Assembly: GCA_030390025.1 (NCBI GenBank)
Contig: CM059430.1
Coordinates: forward strand, 98,580,001-98,644,000
Direction: 5' to 3'
DNA from: Squalus acanthias
Taxonomy: Eukaryota
DNA: 64,000 nt
The notes under the pieces are model-generated. The model saw only the letters and a program-made list of their open reading frames with translations, made no database searches and was not told where the DNA came from. Shown here in pieces: positions 53,031 to 64,000 of this stretch. The position numbers and the translations under genes were made by a program. Position 1 is the first letter of the stretch, and every line of letters begins with the position of its first letter.

Positions 53031-53849
53031 GAGGCAAAGGTCCAAGTTCGCCGTGGTGACGTTAAGTCGGCTGTCCCCTCTCCCTCATTTTAATTTGCAG
53101 GGCGATGGATCTTACCGGCAGCACCGATAGGCCTGGGAAAATGGAGGGAGCCGCGGGACCCCCCACCAGCTGGTGAAAGAGCAGCGGCTGCCCTCTTAAC
53201 GCAACTTTTTGCCGGTAACGGGTGGCGTTAAGCCCCCTAGTTTTTAGCCCATAGTCTCAGGATAAGGGGTCGGCCATTTAAGACTGAGATGAGGAGAAAT
53301 ACCTTCACTCAGAGGGTGGTGAATCTTTGGAATTCTCTACCCCAGAGGGCTGTGGATGCTCAGTCGTTGAGTATATTCAAGACTGAGATCGATAGATTTT
53401 GGGACACTAAGGGAATCAAGGGTTATGGGGATAGGGTGGAAAGTGGAGTTGAGGTAGAAGATCAGCAATGATCTTATTGAATAGTGGAGCAGACTTGAGG
53501 GGCCATATGGCCGACCCCAGCTCCTATTTCTTATGTTCATATGTACCATGGTTAGGTGCAAAGGAGATCGCAACGGCAAAGCCAGCGATCTGTTTACCGG
53601 GACATGGCTGCTTATGTTGAGGATGATGGCAAATTTATTTCTAACTTCTGCAGTGGGCCATTTTTTAAATCATTTTCCTTGATGCTACAGCTGTAAGATA
53701 TAACTTAAGATCTGCTGCTTGATTACAGTCATTGTTTAGCCACATACCCCATTTTGCAGTACCCACTATAGGATTCCTTTTGGAAATACACCTCTATTTG
53801 GGAATCATGGAGTATGATGAGGAGCAGGAATGGAGGTAAGATAGTTTGG

Positions 53850-55620
53850 TGTGGCTGTGCAGAAGGCTGATGGCACCTATCTATCCAAGGCTTACCCTCC
53901 AGACTCTCCAGATAATGCCAATACTACCTGTACCTCTCTCAGGAGCGGTGCATGGAGCACGATCTGCTTCACAAGGGAAGCGATCAAAGAGTTGTACCAC
54001 ATTCTGCAACCTGACCTTCAGACTACTTCCAGCACATGCACCACTCTACCATTGGTGGTCAAGGTTATCACTGTGCTGTGATTTTATGCCATGAATTCAT
54101 TTCAAGGTGTTTCGGGGGATATTACACAGTAGGCTGTTTACACATATATCAATAGATACATTGGCCCGAAAATTAGACCTAATGCGGGAGATTACGCACT
54201 GTGTACTCCCGTGTATTAGGTCCCGAAGTGCCGGTTTCCTGCATGCACTGCGCATGCGCGGGAAACCGGCACTTCGTGTATGGCAAAGGGGGCGGTTCCT
54301 AAGTGAACCGCGTGCGCGCTACAGGTTGCGCGCACGCAGCACACTTAGTTGTTTTTTCAGGTTTGAACGCGCAGGTAAGTGTTGAAGATTTTACACATAA
54401 AGAAAGCAGGCGTAAGACCCCCTTTTAACAAGGTAAGTAGTTAATTAAGTATTATTTTAAATTTTTTTCAACAGGTTTATCTTTTTTAGAGACTTTAAAG
54501 AAAGGTAAGTTTATTTTTATAACTTTTAAAAAGAATTTAAATTTTCTCAAAAATTTAAATTTTTGTTTAAAGTGGTTAATTTATTTAACTATAGTTATTT
54601 TATTAATGTGATGGCTTTTTTTTTAAATTTAATTGAGGTTTAGCTGTTCTTTTGGGGGTTTGTTGTATTCATAGTTTTGACAGCTCTTGCTGTCAAAACT
54701 ATGAATGAAAGATGCTGTGCTGCCATTGGCCCTAACTGGCCCACGTGATCCCAGAGGTCGCATCGCACTAACTGCGCCTCTGGGACACGCACACACTGCG
54801 CGCCGGCACCAGGGAGAGGCCCAGGAACTGAAGTTCGTGTGGGCCCGAAACATAAAGGTAGGCGCGGAGTGCGATATCGCGGGGGATCCTTACCCCCGCG
54901 GCAACCATCGAACTCCAATTTCTGGGCCATTGTTTGCTCAAGCAAGCCAGTTCATCAGCCTTCCAGTGGATGCCTGTCATTAGCTTAAGAGGGCTGTGGA
55001 ACCTAATTGCATGGCTGGATTCCACAGAGTACAAGGGGCCATTGATGACACCATGTAACCATAGGTGCTTACTGTACCAATCCACTCTCTTACATCAACA
55101 GGAAAGACTACCACCCCCTCAATGTTCAGCTTGTCTGTGACTACCAATGTTGTATCATGCAAATCAAAGCTCATTTTCTGTGTATTTGCCACAATGCCTT
55201 TTTGTTAAGGCTGTCCACACTGCCATCACTCTTTAAGGTAGAAATCGAGTGTCTAGGTGGATTCTCGGAGATCAAGGCTACCCTCTACAGCCTTGATGGC
55301 ACCTGTGCACCTTTTCAGAACACCAGCAGAACAATACTACAACAAGTTCCATTCTTCCACTATGGTCACCACTGAGCCGACGATTCACTATTGTAGGTAA
55401 GCTTACGGTGCTATGATTAATTTGGGGGCTTTGCAGTCCGGTTTGGCTTGAGACTCAGGGATAGTGGTGGCATGTTGCATACTGAAGTTTGCTTTGTAAA
55501 AAGCCTTCCTCATGGCAGGAACTGAGGAAGAAAGTGACCAACTGCATCGGAGGCTGAAGGTGCCTAACAGCACCATGAAGAAGATGAGGACCACTCATTG
55601 CAGGCTGCTAGAGACATTTG
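53850..55620 (+). pseudogene. PIF/Harbinger transposase remnant (HARBI1-like), split by a MITE
   Basis: FTREAIKELYHILQPDL...LPLVVKV; after the insertion AGFHRVQGAIDDT, YINRKDYHPLNVQLVCD. Confidence 0.82.
54163..54928. mobile_element. Harbinger-type MITE family B, copy 2
   Basis: TIR GGCCCGAAAATT / AATTTCTGGGCC; perfect TSD ATT. Confidence 0.92.
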
Positions 55621-56509
55621 TAACCATTTGATCCAGGAGACCTTTTCTTCATAACCACATGGACCCACTGCGTGAACAGTTCTGTCAATATTTTCCCTCA
55701 CACCCTAAAGAAAACACCAAGCCACACTGTTCTTATTCAATCATCGCATCGCATCCAAGTTACTTCCAAATTAAAAAAAAAATTGTCCCCAATCTACAGG
55801 AGCGTTAATGATTCCAAACATTTATTTACAATCCCGACTGCTGATTACTGTTTCTAATCACTGTATGTTCCCTTGGTTCCATTGTGTAATAATTGATGTA
55901 TTAAGTGTCTTCTCTTTCTCCTCCTAGATGCTGCTTGAAGGGAGCTGGATGGTAATTGACTCTCTAAGTCAGAATCTTGGGACTGAGGTGGCTGTTATCT
56001 CTTGCCAGCTGCATACTGAGATGCACTAGATGTAGGTTGCAACTCTCGTGCTGATGCCTTGATAGCCTGGCCCTGCCTTCTTTCTCCTCCATGTGCAGCC
56101 ATCTGGCCAGAGTACATGCATGAGATGCCAACATTAGAGACTGCTGCATCATATGAGCACCTTCCTACCATACCACTGGCATTAGGCCCTGGCTCGGAAT
56201 GGTCAGTGAACAGCAGGAATGCAGACCAAATTGTACCAATCAGATTATTGAGATTAATGTCTGCAGCCCAGCCCTAAGAGGTTGGATGCCAGAAGAGACA
56301 ACCCTCTCTAATCATATAATTTATACAGTTGATTGTTGGTAGTTGCTGTGGACTGCTCTTGCATTGCTTGGCCTGTTTATATTAAACATTTTGTGGCGCT
56401 GTGTATGGTGTTGTGGATGTGGCACTAATTGCCAAGGCCACTATCCTGCACTGGGCCCAAGCTATTCCTTTGGCTGGCATCCTCCCAAACAGGATCCTGT
56501 AACAACCTT

Positions 56510-56864
56510 CTGCAAGATGCACTGCAGCAACTCGCCAAGGCTTCTTCGGCAGCACCTCCCAAACCCGCGACCTCTTCCACCTAGAAGGACAAGGGCAGCA
56601 GGCGCATGGGAACACCACCACCTCCAAGTTCCCCTCCAAGTCACCCACCATCCTAACTTAGAAGTATATCGCTGATCCTTCATCGTCGCTGGGTCAAAAT
56701 CCTGGAATTCTCTACCTAACAGCACTGTGGAAGTACCTTCACCACATGGACTGCAGCGGTTCAAGAAGGCGGCTCACCACCTCCTTCTCAAGGGCAATTA
56801 GGGATGGGCAATAAATGCTGGCCTTGCCAGTGACGCCCACATCCCAGGAACGAATAAAAGAAAA
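56510..56864 (+). mobile_element. CR1-clade family 2, 3' end
   Basis: KMHCSNSPRLLRQHLP; GGGATGGGCAATAAATGC 3' UTR. Confidence 0.88.
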
Positions 56865-57060
56865 TGGCATTTCTCCTCAACCACAGCTTCTGCACAAACA
56901 CTTCAATTGTAGTCACTGAGAATTTGGGGGGCCTGCTGTCCAGAAGCTACCCTGTCTGACATTATTCTGTCCTGTGGCTCCTCACTGCTATGGAAAGTGC
57001 TATAAGGGATGCCTGGCCCTTTAAACTGCTGCAGGCCTTTACATCTTGCAACAAGATGCC

Positions 57061-57367
57061 GTGGGAAAAATTCGGTTGATTTGCGCCTCCCGTTAGTGCC
57101 CTGGGTCGCGCTGCGCTAGGCCCCTCCCCTTTAATAAGGGGAGGAAGGCCGGCAGTACCGCGGTGCAACGTGCCGCAGTGCGTGGCGCTGCAGCACGTAG
57201 CGCCGCAATATTCACTCGCAGCGCCGCAAGAGGAAGGCGGGGCCCTTCCAGTAGCGCCCCGCCACCCTCTTGGGGCGCTACCGGTGTATTTCGGGCGCGG
57301 GGGCGCCAACTTTTAGAGCCCCGGCGAAGTTAGCGCCCCAAAGGGGGCGCGACCCAATTTTTCCCCC
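57061..57367. mobile_element. GC-rich MITE related to family C ends
   Basis: GGGAAAAATT / AATTTTTCCC; TTGCGCCTCCCGTTAG subterminal motif shared with family C. Confidence 0.75.
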
Positions 57368-57659
57368 CGTATCTGCTCCCCGCGTCTGATGGGCTGAATC
57401 AGTGGTGGATTAAAACTGGGAGGTCTCCCCAAAATATTCAAATTAGCTGCCCCTAGAAAATAGGCTGTGGTCAGCACCAATTTCAACACATTGACTTCAC
57501 CGCAAATGAAAATGGGGAGCGATGTATAGCGGGCGGCTGATCTGATAACACCCGTTTTACACTATCGCCCAAAGTCAAATTTACCCCTATCAGTGTGAAA
57601 TGTTGTATAAATTAAATGAGTAAAGACATTTCTCTTTAACAGTAGGTTAACAATATAAT

Positions 57660-58403
57660 GGGCCGGATATTCCGATCCCTACGGGTGTGTACGGGCTGTG
57701 TACCCACCCATAGGGACATCGGAAATGCCGGTTTGAGGCATGCACAGCGCATGCGCTGAAAACCGGCATTTCCGATCTGACAGATCCTTCAGCTGCCCGA
57801 GAGAAGGGCCTCTGCGGGTGGAGAGTTCCGCTTTTTGGAGACCCTCCGCCCACAGAAAACCCTTACAATTCTTGCGCCCACAGAAAACCCTTACAATTCT
57901 TGCGCAAGGCCTGCTTTTACCAGGATAAGAGTTCAAAAAAGTTAAGAAATTTTTTTTTCACTGATTTATCATTTAAAAAATCTTTAAAAAAAGGTAAGTT
58001 TATTTTTAGCCCCGTAAAAAACTTTAATTATTTTTTTCAAAAAATTTAATTTTTGTTTAATTTATTGTAATTTCAAGTCATTTTAAAAATATGATTAAAA
58101 AAAAAATGTATTTCAAGTTTTGCTATGTTTTTGGGGTGATTTCCATTCACATATTTGACAGCTCTTCCTGTCCAATGTATGAAGGGAGATTCCCTTCTGT
58201 GATTGGCTCCCCATGGCCCACGTGATCCCAAGGATGCTGCGAACTACCTGCGCCCCTGGGATACGTGGGCCCTGCGCACCGGCAGTTTGGAGAGGCCCAG
58301 CAGCGGAACTGTGCACCTCCCGGGAGCCCTCAGGTAAGGGCGTAGATTTTTCCAGATTGCAGCCCTCCACCCGCGGGAGGCCTCCGATCGGAAAATACGG
58401 GCC
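57660..58403. mobile_element. Harbinger-type MITE family U, copy 2
   Basis: TIR GGGCCGGATATTCCGATC / GATCGGAAAATACGGGCC; internal 28-bp tandem duplication 57847-57902. Confidence 0.82.
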
Positions 58404-58411
58404 TATATGAA

Positions 58412-58595
58412 GGGGTAGAAATTGGTCTCGGGCGATGGCGCGACACGGGCGGTATCGGATCAGCCTCCGTTATACGCAGCGACTGGTATTCAGTTCTATT
58501 GACGGTAATGGAGCTGAATATCCGCCGCTGTGTATAACGGCGGCCGATCCGATAGCGCCCGTTTTCCACCACCGCCCCAGACCAATTTCTACCCT
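58412..58595. mobile_element. Whole-length palindromic MITE (about 184 bp)
   Basis: GGGTAGAAATTGGTCT / AGACCAATTTCTACCC, with imperfect pairing continuing to the centre. Confidence 0.88.
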
Positions 58596-59280
58596 AAGAC
58601 TTTTAAACGCATCGATCAGGATCGTAGCAGCTAATGGAAAGAGGAGACCCTCTCCATTTCTTGCTAATTGGGTAAGGAACTTATTAGGATCCTTGTTCCC
58701 TGAAGTATCCAAGTTGGTCTTCTATCACAAGTGCAGTCATTTTCTCCTGAGTCGTACAACTGACTCTCAGCTCTCCTGCTGCAGCCTGTATAGAGCAGCA
58801 GGTTTGTAGGATGGTGAAAACTCAAGAGACTAATTTTGTTTATACAGGCTGGATGGCACTGCACACTGTTCAGCATTCTGCTGGCTCAGTTCTGGCCTCC
58901 AAATGCAGATTAAGAACAGCACAAAACATTCATCCTCTTTAAAGTACTCCCGAGTCCATCCCATCTGCTGCTGCTCTTCACCCCCCTGTGCTTTTGCTGT
59001 TGTACTTGGCACAACCCAGCTCCCAGTCATCTTTATAGCTAACAGTGGCCCTGCCACCTTTTTACAGGGTTATAGCCAATTCAGCTGTCGTTTTAGCACT
59101 TGCTGCTGCCATCTTAGTGATTCTGGTTGCCATTTTGTGACTAGGCAGCCTCAAGGGCTTGTTGCATGTTACACCTGAGTGTGATTCCGGCAATTGAATT
59201 TTAGGGCAGTGTTTGATGCAGTAATAGTCACAAGGAGGTTTAGATTAGATAACATCTGCGTATTCATGGCCTGGGATGGG

Positions 59281-60810
59281 AACATAGGAACAGGAGTAGG
59301 CCATTTAGCCCCTCGAGCCTGTTCTGCCATTCAGTGAGATCATGGCTGATCTGTGACCAAACTCTATATACCCACCTGTGCCCCATATCCCTTAATACCT
59401 TTGGTTAACAAAAATCTATCAATCTCAGATTTAAAATTGACAATTGATCTAACATCAATTGCCGTTTGTGGAAGAGAGTTCCAAACTTCTACCACCCTTT
59501 GTGTGTAGAAGTGTTTCCTAATTTCACTCCTGAAAGGTCTGGCTCTAATTTTTAGACTGTGCCCCCTAGTCCTAGAATCCCCAACCAGTGGAAATAGTTT
59601 CTCTCTGTCTACCCTATCAGTTCCCCTTAATATCTTGGAAATTTTGATCAAATCACCCCTTAGCCTTCTAAATTCCAGGGAATACAACCCTAGTTTGTGT
59701 AATCTCTCCTCGTAATTTAACACATGGGGGGGAGAAATTCAGTATCGCCCCGTTTGGGGTGTGATTATCGGCCGGGCGCAAAGTTTAGCGCCTGGTGCTA
59801 ATTATCGCCTCCGACTGCAAACTTGGCTTTTATCACCCCTGGAGGTGATTGGAGCGCTAAATCAGGCGCTACACATCTGTCTTAAGGTGCAAAGGCCGAG
59901 GAGCGAGGCGCTACCTCAGAGCGCTGGCGAAGTTCATGTGATGTCAGTCAGCAATGGAACACAGACACACTGGCGCCGGCCAGTTCTTAAAGGGGAGGGT
60001 CGATCTTGCTCTCCATCCACACCCTTCTCATTGCAGCCTTGAATCTGGGCCTGGAGAGACCTGTACATAAATTCTGCTGGAAAGAACAATAAAGAGGCCC
60101 AGGGAAAGAGCTCAGACTGCAGCCCCCATATTCTCTTCTAAATCGATGCAAGGAAGATCAAACCAGAAAGAAGCTGCAAAGTGCTGCTCAGTACCCAAAA
60201 CTCCTCAACACAGCTTTGAATATCTCCTGCAGTCTCTCTCTCTCTCACTCAGAATGTGTGGTACAAAAGTTTCGCCGACAAAAAAAGGCAGGAAGCGGTC
60301 GCCTTTAAATAGCGCTCCCCCAGTCCCTTCCAGACTGCAAAACGCTCCCCTCAACCTGTCGTTGCTAACGGCAGGCGGTAAGACAGGGGATGCCACTCAA
60401 TATCCGGTCCGGGGTGCTACCGGGGCGTTGCACTCTCGACTGACGTCACGATCGGCCGGCACAGGAGATCGTGGCGGTAGTGTTTAGCTCCCGCCACAAA
60501 ATGTCGAGTTAATTTCGTGAGTGGCGCAAACATCGCCGCGCCCGGGTGCTAGTTGCTTTGCTCCCCATTAGCGCCCTCTTAAGGCGCTAACGGGAGGCGC
60601 AATCCAACAGAATTTTTCCTCCTTGGAGTCCAGGTATCATTCTGGTAAATCTACGCTGCAATCCCTACTCCCACCAGGGCCAATATATCTTTCTTAAGGT
60701 GTGGTTCCCAGAACTGCTCACAGTACTCCAGGTATGGTCTAACCAGGGTTTTGTACAGCTGCAGCATAACTTCTACCCCCTTATATTCTAGTCCTCTAGA
60801 TATAAAGGGA
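59281..60810 (-). mobile_element. CR1 LINE 3' fragment split by a family C element
   Basis: LVRPYLEYC | LNYEERLHKLGLYSLEFRRLRGD; AACATAGGAACAGG tail. Confidence 0.92.
59727..60622. mobile_element. Harbinger-type non-autonomous element family C, copy 2
   Basis: Colinear with 11352-12244; TIR GGGGGAGAAATTC / GAATTTTTCCTCC. Confidence 0.88.
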
Positions 60811-62010
60811 TAAATGAATAATTTAAGTATTGATGTTGTAAATTTATTAGATCCAGCATGAAGGAATAGATCAATTCTACAGTTGTACATTTTTATTGAT
60901 AGCCTCCTTGAAATATAGATCGTATCCAGACTCTCAACTAGGAATTTAAAAGAGTACAGACACCTCAACAGGAGCAACAAATAAAAAGAACCTCTTCCGT
61001 CTATCATAACAGTACCAAGGAAGCTTTTCTAACAGCAGGTGATAAATCTGCTTTTGACAGCAACATTCCAAACAATCGCATCATTGAACCCCATGGTATT
61101 TAATTATGATCAAACAGGTCAACCACAATAATTAATATATATTGATTACAATGGCAATTGTTATTAGATTATTCCATTAAAAATTCAGTAATAACAAAAA
61201 TGTTTTATTACAACAAGATATTACAGCCTGGAACTTCCTCACAATCTTCAGCAATATGCTAAAGAGATTGAGGAAATTTGCGCATTGGATACATTTACAT
61301 CATTATTGCGCCAAATACAAGTTTTCTCGATCTCTTTAACAGTACAAACCTTTCGTCTGTCAAAGCCTGTTGGGGCACATTTGCATAGCTGCACTGTTCG
61401 ATTACACAGAAGTTTCTTGGGTCCCTTTCCTGAAAGACTGTCATGACCATAACTAACAGAGCACAAGATAACTGTGCAGTGTATTCCAAATAAAACACTT
61501 CTTATATTTACAAAAAAGCTATTATTTTGCAACCAAATTATATGAATTGCTACTCTTTCGTAGCCCCGTGCTTCCCCCTCGTGGCTAACTGTCCCTTCCC
61601 AGCTACTATTCTAGCGCTATGCCTAAATACTTCTTGAGGGCCTGTAGTGTGAGAGCTGGTTGTCTGCTTAAACACTACAAAAAGGCCATGACTCTGAGGT
61701 GGCCCTCCATTCACAGCAGTTGGCTCCTGAGAGGGAGCTGCTGCTGAATGCATTGCTGGAGGGTGTTTCTGGGCATTCTGGTCTTGCCCGCCACTATATG
61801 CAGACATAGTACTCTGATGTAGACTCGACGTCACTCATAGGTGTTTTGGAAGTTGTACCGAGCAGTTTTTGTGTGTTTTGTGGGACGATGTATAATCATA
61901 ATGCAGGCTAGGGAGTTAGCAGGTGCCCTTAACCAGTGTGAACGATCAGTAGTGCACCTGGTGGTGTCCAGGGTGGGCAAGGAAGAGAGGAAAACCACTG
62001 AGTGCTTTAC

Positions 62011-62230
62011 CTTGCTAGATCTGGTGAGATCATTGAATGTTTTCCTGCACTGCTCTGCTGTCCTGGGAGTGAGGGAGATGGCCGAGAGTACCAGTGCTAA
62101 CTCCATCCAGTCGGCATGGCTGACTATTGTGCCGGGCTTGGAAAAATGCTGTCCCGAGGGACTGTGCCTCCTCTCCTCCCTAAAAGGGCATTGAGGTCCT
62201 CTTCTGTGAAGTCTACTGTTCTTCTTCTCC
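62011..62230 (-). pseudogene. Decayed Harbinger Myb/SANT exon
   Basis: W-MELALVLSAISLTPRTAEQCRKTFNDLTRSSK followed by a GTAAAG donor. Confidence 0.7.
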
Positions 62231-62564
62231 CATCCCTAATGTATGCTTGTCCTGTCCGCACAGGTACCATGAGCATTACCATTCTGCTGCCAACATAGAA
62301 TAAAAATATGGGTTATAGATGCCGTGGAGAGATTTGAGCAGAACTGAGAGAGAAAAGCGCTTCCAGGTTTGTGCTGGAGACTGGATTCAACAGACTGTAG
62401 ACAGTTACACCAGTATTGCACTCAATACTGAGGGTTCAGCTTCTTACACTTGTTTTATACATGAATCACAGCAGTACTTACATCAGTTCATATATTAATT
62501 AAATTACCCAGGAAATTTGCATGTAATTCCCTCTGCTGGTGACTGGCATAACTTTCTGGTGCAA

Positions 62565-62875
62565 TAACAACAACTTGTATTTATATAGCACCTTCAACAT
62601 CCCAATGTGCTTCACAGGAGCTTTATCAGATAGAATTTGACACCGAGCCACACAGGAGCTTGGTCATAAGAGAAAGGTTTTAAGGAGCATTTTAAAGGAG
62701 GAGAGAGAGAAAGAGAGGTGGAGAGGGTTAGGGAGGGAATTCCAAAGCTTAGGGCCTAGGCAGCTGAAGGCACAGCCGCCAATGGTGGGGTGAAGGGATG
62801 TACAAGAGGCCAGAATTGGAGGAACGCAGAGTTCTGGGAGGGTTGTAGGGCTGGAGGAGGTTACAGAGATAGGGA
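62565..62875 (-). mobile_element. L2 LINE 3' end
   Basis: RTLRSS, GGCAFSCLGPKLWNSLP, FKMLLKT motifs; GCTATATAAATACAAGTTGTTG tail. Confidence 0.85.
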
Positions 62876-62877
62876 AA

Positions 62878-64000
62878 TAATTCATAATTCGTAACCAATA
62901 TACATTCCCTTAAGGAATAAAAACCCCATGGGAAAAATGGTCCAACCGTGGCTAACAAGAGAAGTTAAAGATAGTATTAGATTAAAGGCAGAAGCTGATA
63001 ATGTTGCCAAAAAGAGTAGTAAACCTGAGGATTTGGAGGATTTTAGAATTCAGCAAAGGATGAACAACACATTATTGAAGATTGAGAAAATAGAATGAGA
63101 GTAAATTAGCGAGAGACATAAAAACAGATTGTAAAAGCTTCTGTATGTAAAAAGGAAGAGATTAGCGAAAGTAAACATGCGTCCCATACAGGCAGAGACA
63201 GGAGAAATTATAATGGGGAATAAGGAAATGGCAGGGACGTTAAACAAATATGTTGTATCTGTCTTCACAGAAGAAGACACAAAAAACATTCTGGAAATAA
63301 TGGGGAAACAAGTGTCTAGTGAGAATGAGGAACTTAAAAAAATTAATATTAGTAAAGAAATAGTACTGGAGAAATTAATGGGACAAATCTCTTGGACCTG
63401 ATGGTCTACATCCTAGGGTTCTAATAGAGGTGGCTACAGAGATAGTGGATGCATTGTTTTTGATCCTCCAGAATTCTATAGATTCTAGACTGGTTCCCAC
63501 AGTTTGGAAGGTAGCAAATGTAACCCTGCTATTCAAGAAAAGAGGGAGAGAGAAAACAGGGAACTATAGACTAGTTAGCCTGACATCGGTAGTAGGGAAA
63601 ATGCTAGAATCTATTATTAGGGACATGGTAACAGGGCACTTAGAAAATCATAATATGATTAGGCAGAGTCAACATGGATTTATGAAAGGGAAATCATGTT
63701 TGACAAATCTATTAGAGATTTTTGAGGGTGTAACTAGCAGTGTAGATAAGGGGGAACCAGTGGATGTGGTGCATTTGGATTTTCAGAAAGCATTCAATAA
63801 GGTGCCACACAAGAGGTTATTACACAAAATTAGGGCTCATGGGATTAGGGGTAATATATTAGCATGGATTGAGGATTGGTTAATGGACAGAAAGCAGAGT
63901 AGGAATAAACGAGTCATTTTCGGGTTGGCAAACCAGTGGGGTGCCACAAGGATCAGTGCTGGGGCCTCAGCTATTCACAATCTATATCAATGACTTAGAT
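62878..64000 (+). mobile_element. CR1 LINE RT region (runs off window)
   Basis: ANVTLLFKK, NYRLVSLTS, SQHGFMKGKSCLTNL, LDFQKAFNKVPH. Confidence 0.93.

Larger units (their letters stand above)
51893..53250. mobile_element. Harbinger deletion derivative
   Basis: TIR GGGCTAAA / TTTAGCCC; perfect TSD ATA; acidic-coding remnants on both strands. Confidence 0.82.
46850..53541 (+). mobile_element. CR1 LINE (outer member of nest; pieces 46850-47547, 51075-51892, 53251-53541)
   Basis: RT reads KAFDKVPHKRLLHK | VHGIG across the nested CR1s and TRxH | SLRI across the DNA transposon; TTCTTATGTTC tail. Confidence 0.85.

Noticed and set aside
1-64000. CRISPR arrays or prokaryotic systems
   Set aside because: No repeat-spacer periodicity or operon structure; sequence is vertebrate-type repeat DNA

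Overview
Eukaryotic, repeat-dense non-coding DNA. The repeat complement (several CR1 LINE families with 8-bp microsatellite tails, tRNA-headed Deu-type SINEs, Penelope-like elements, an RTE, L2, PIF/Harbinger transposons) suggests a cartilaginous fish (shark); that taxonomic call is inference. I recognise no host protein-coding exon, and essentially every long ORF is a broken transposon ORF. Contents: about 15 CR1-clade fragments, some nested three deep; a 5'-truncated GIY-YIG Penelope-like element plus two mini-copies that together carry five minimal hammerhead ribozyme motifs with covarying stems; a 1.6-kb solo-LTR-like insert with a 4-bp TSD; an RTE flanked by a 115-bp direct repeat; several decayed two-gene Harbinger elements (DDE transposase plus intron-containing Myb/SANT gene); and about 14 Harbinger-type MITEs, many carrying consensus 5' splice sites. 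All boundaries were read by eye, and those of decayed elements are approximate.
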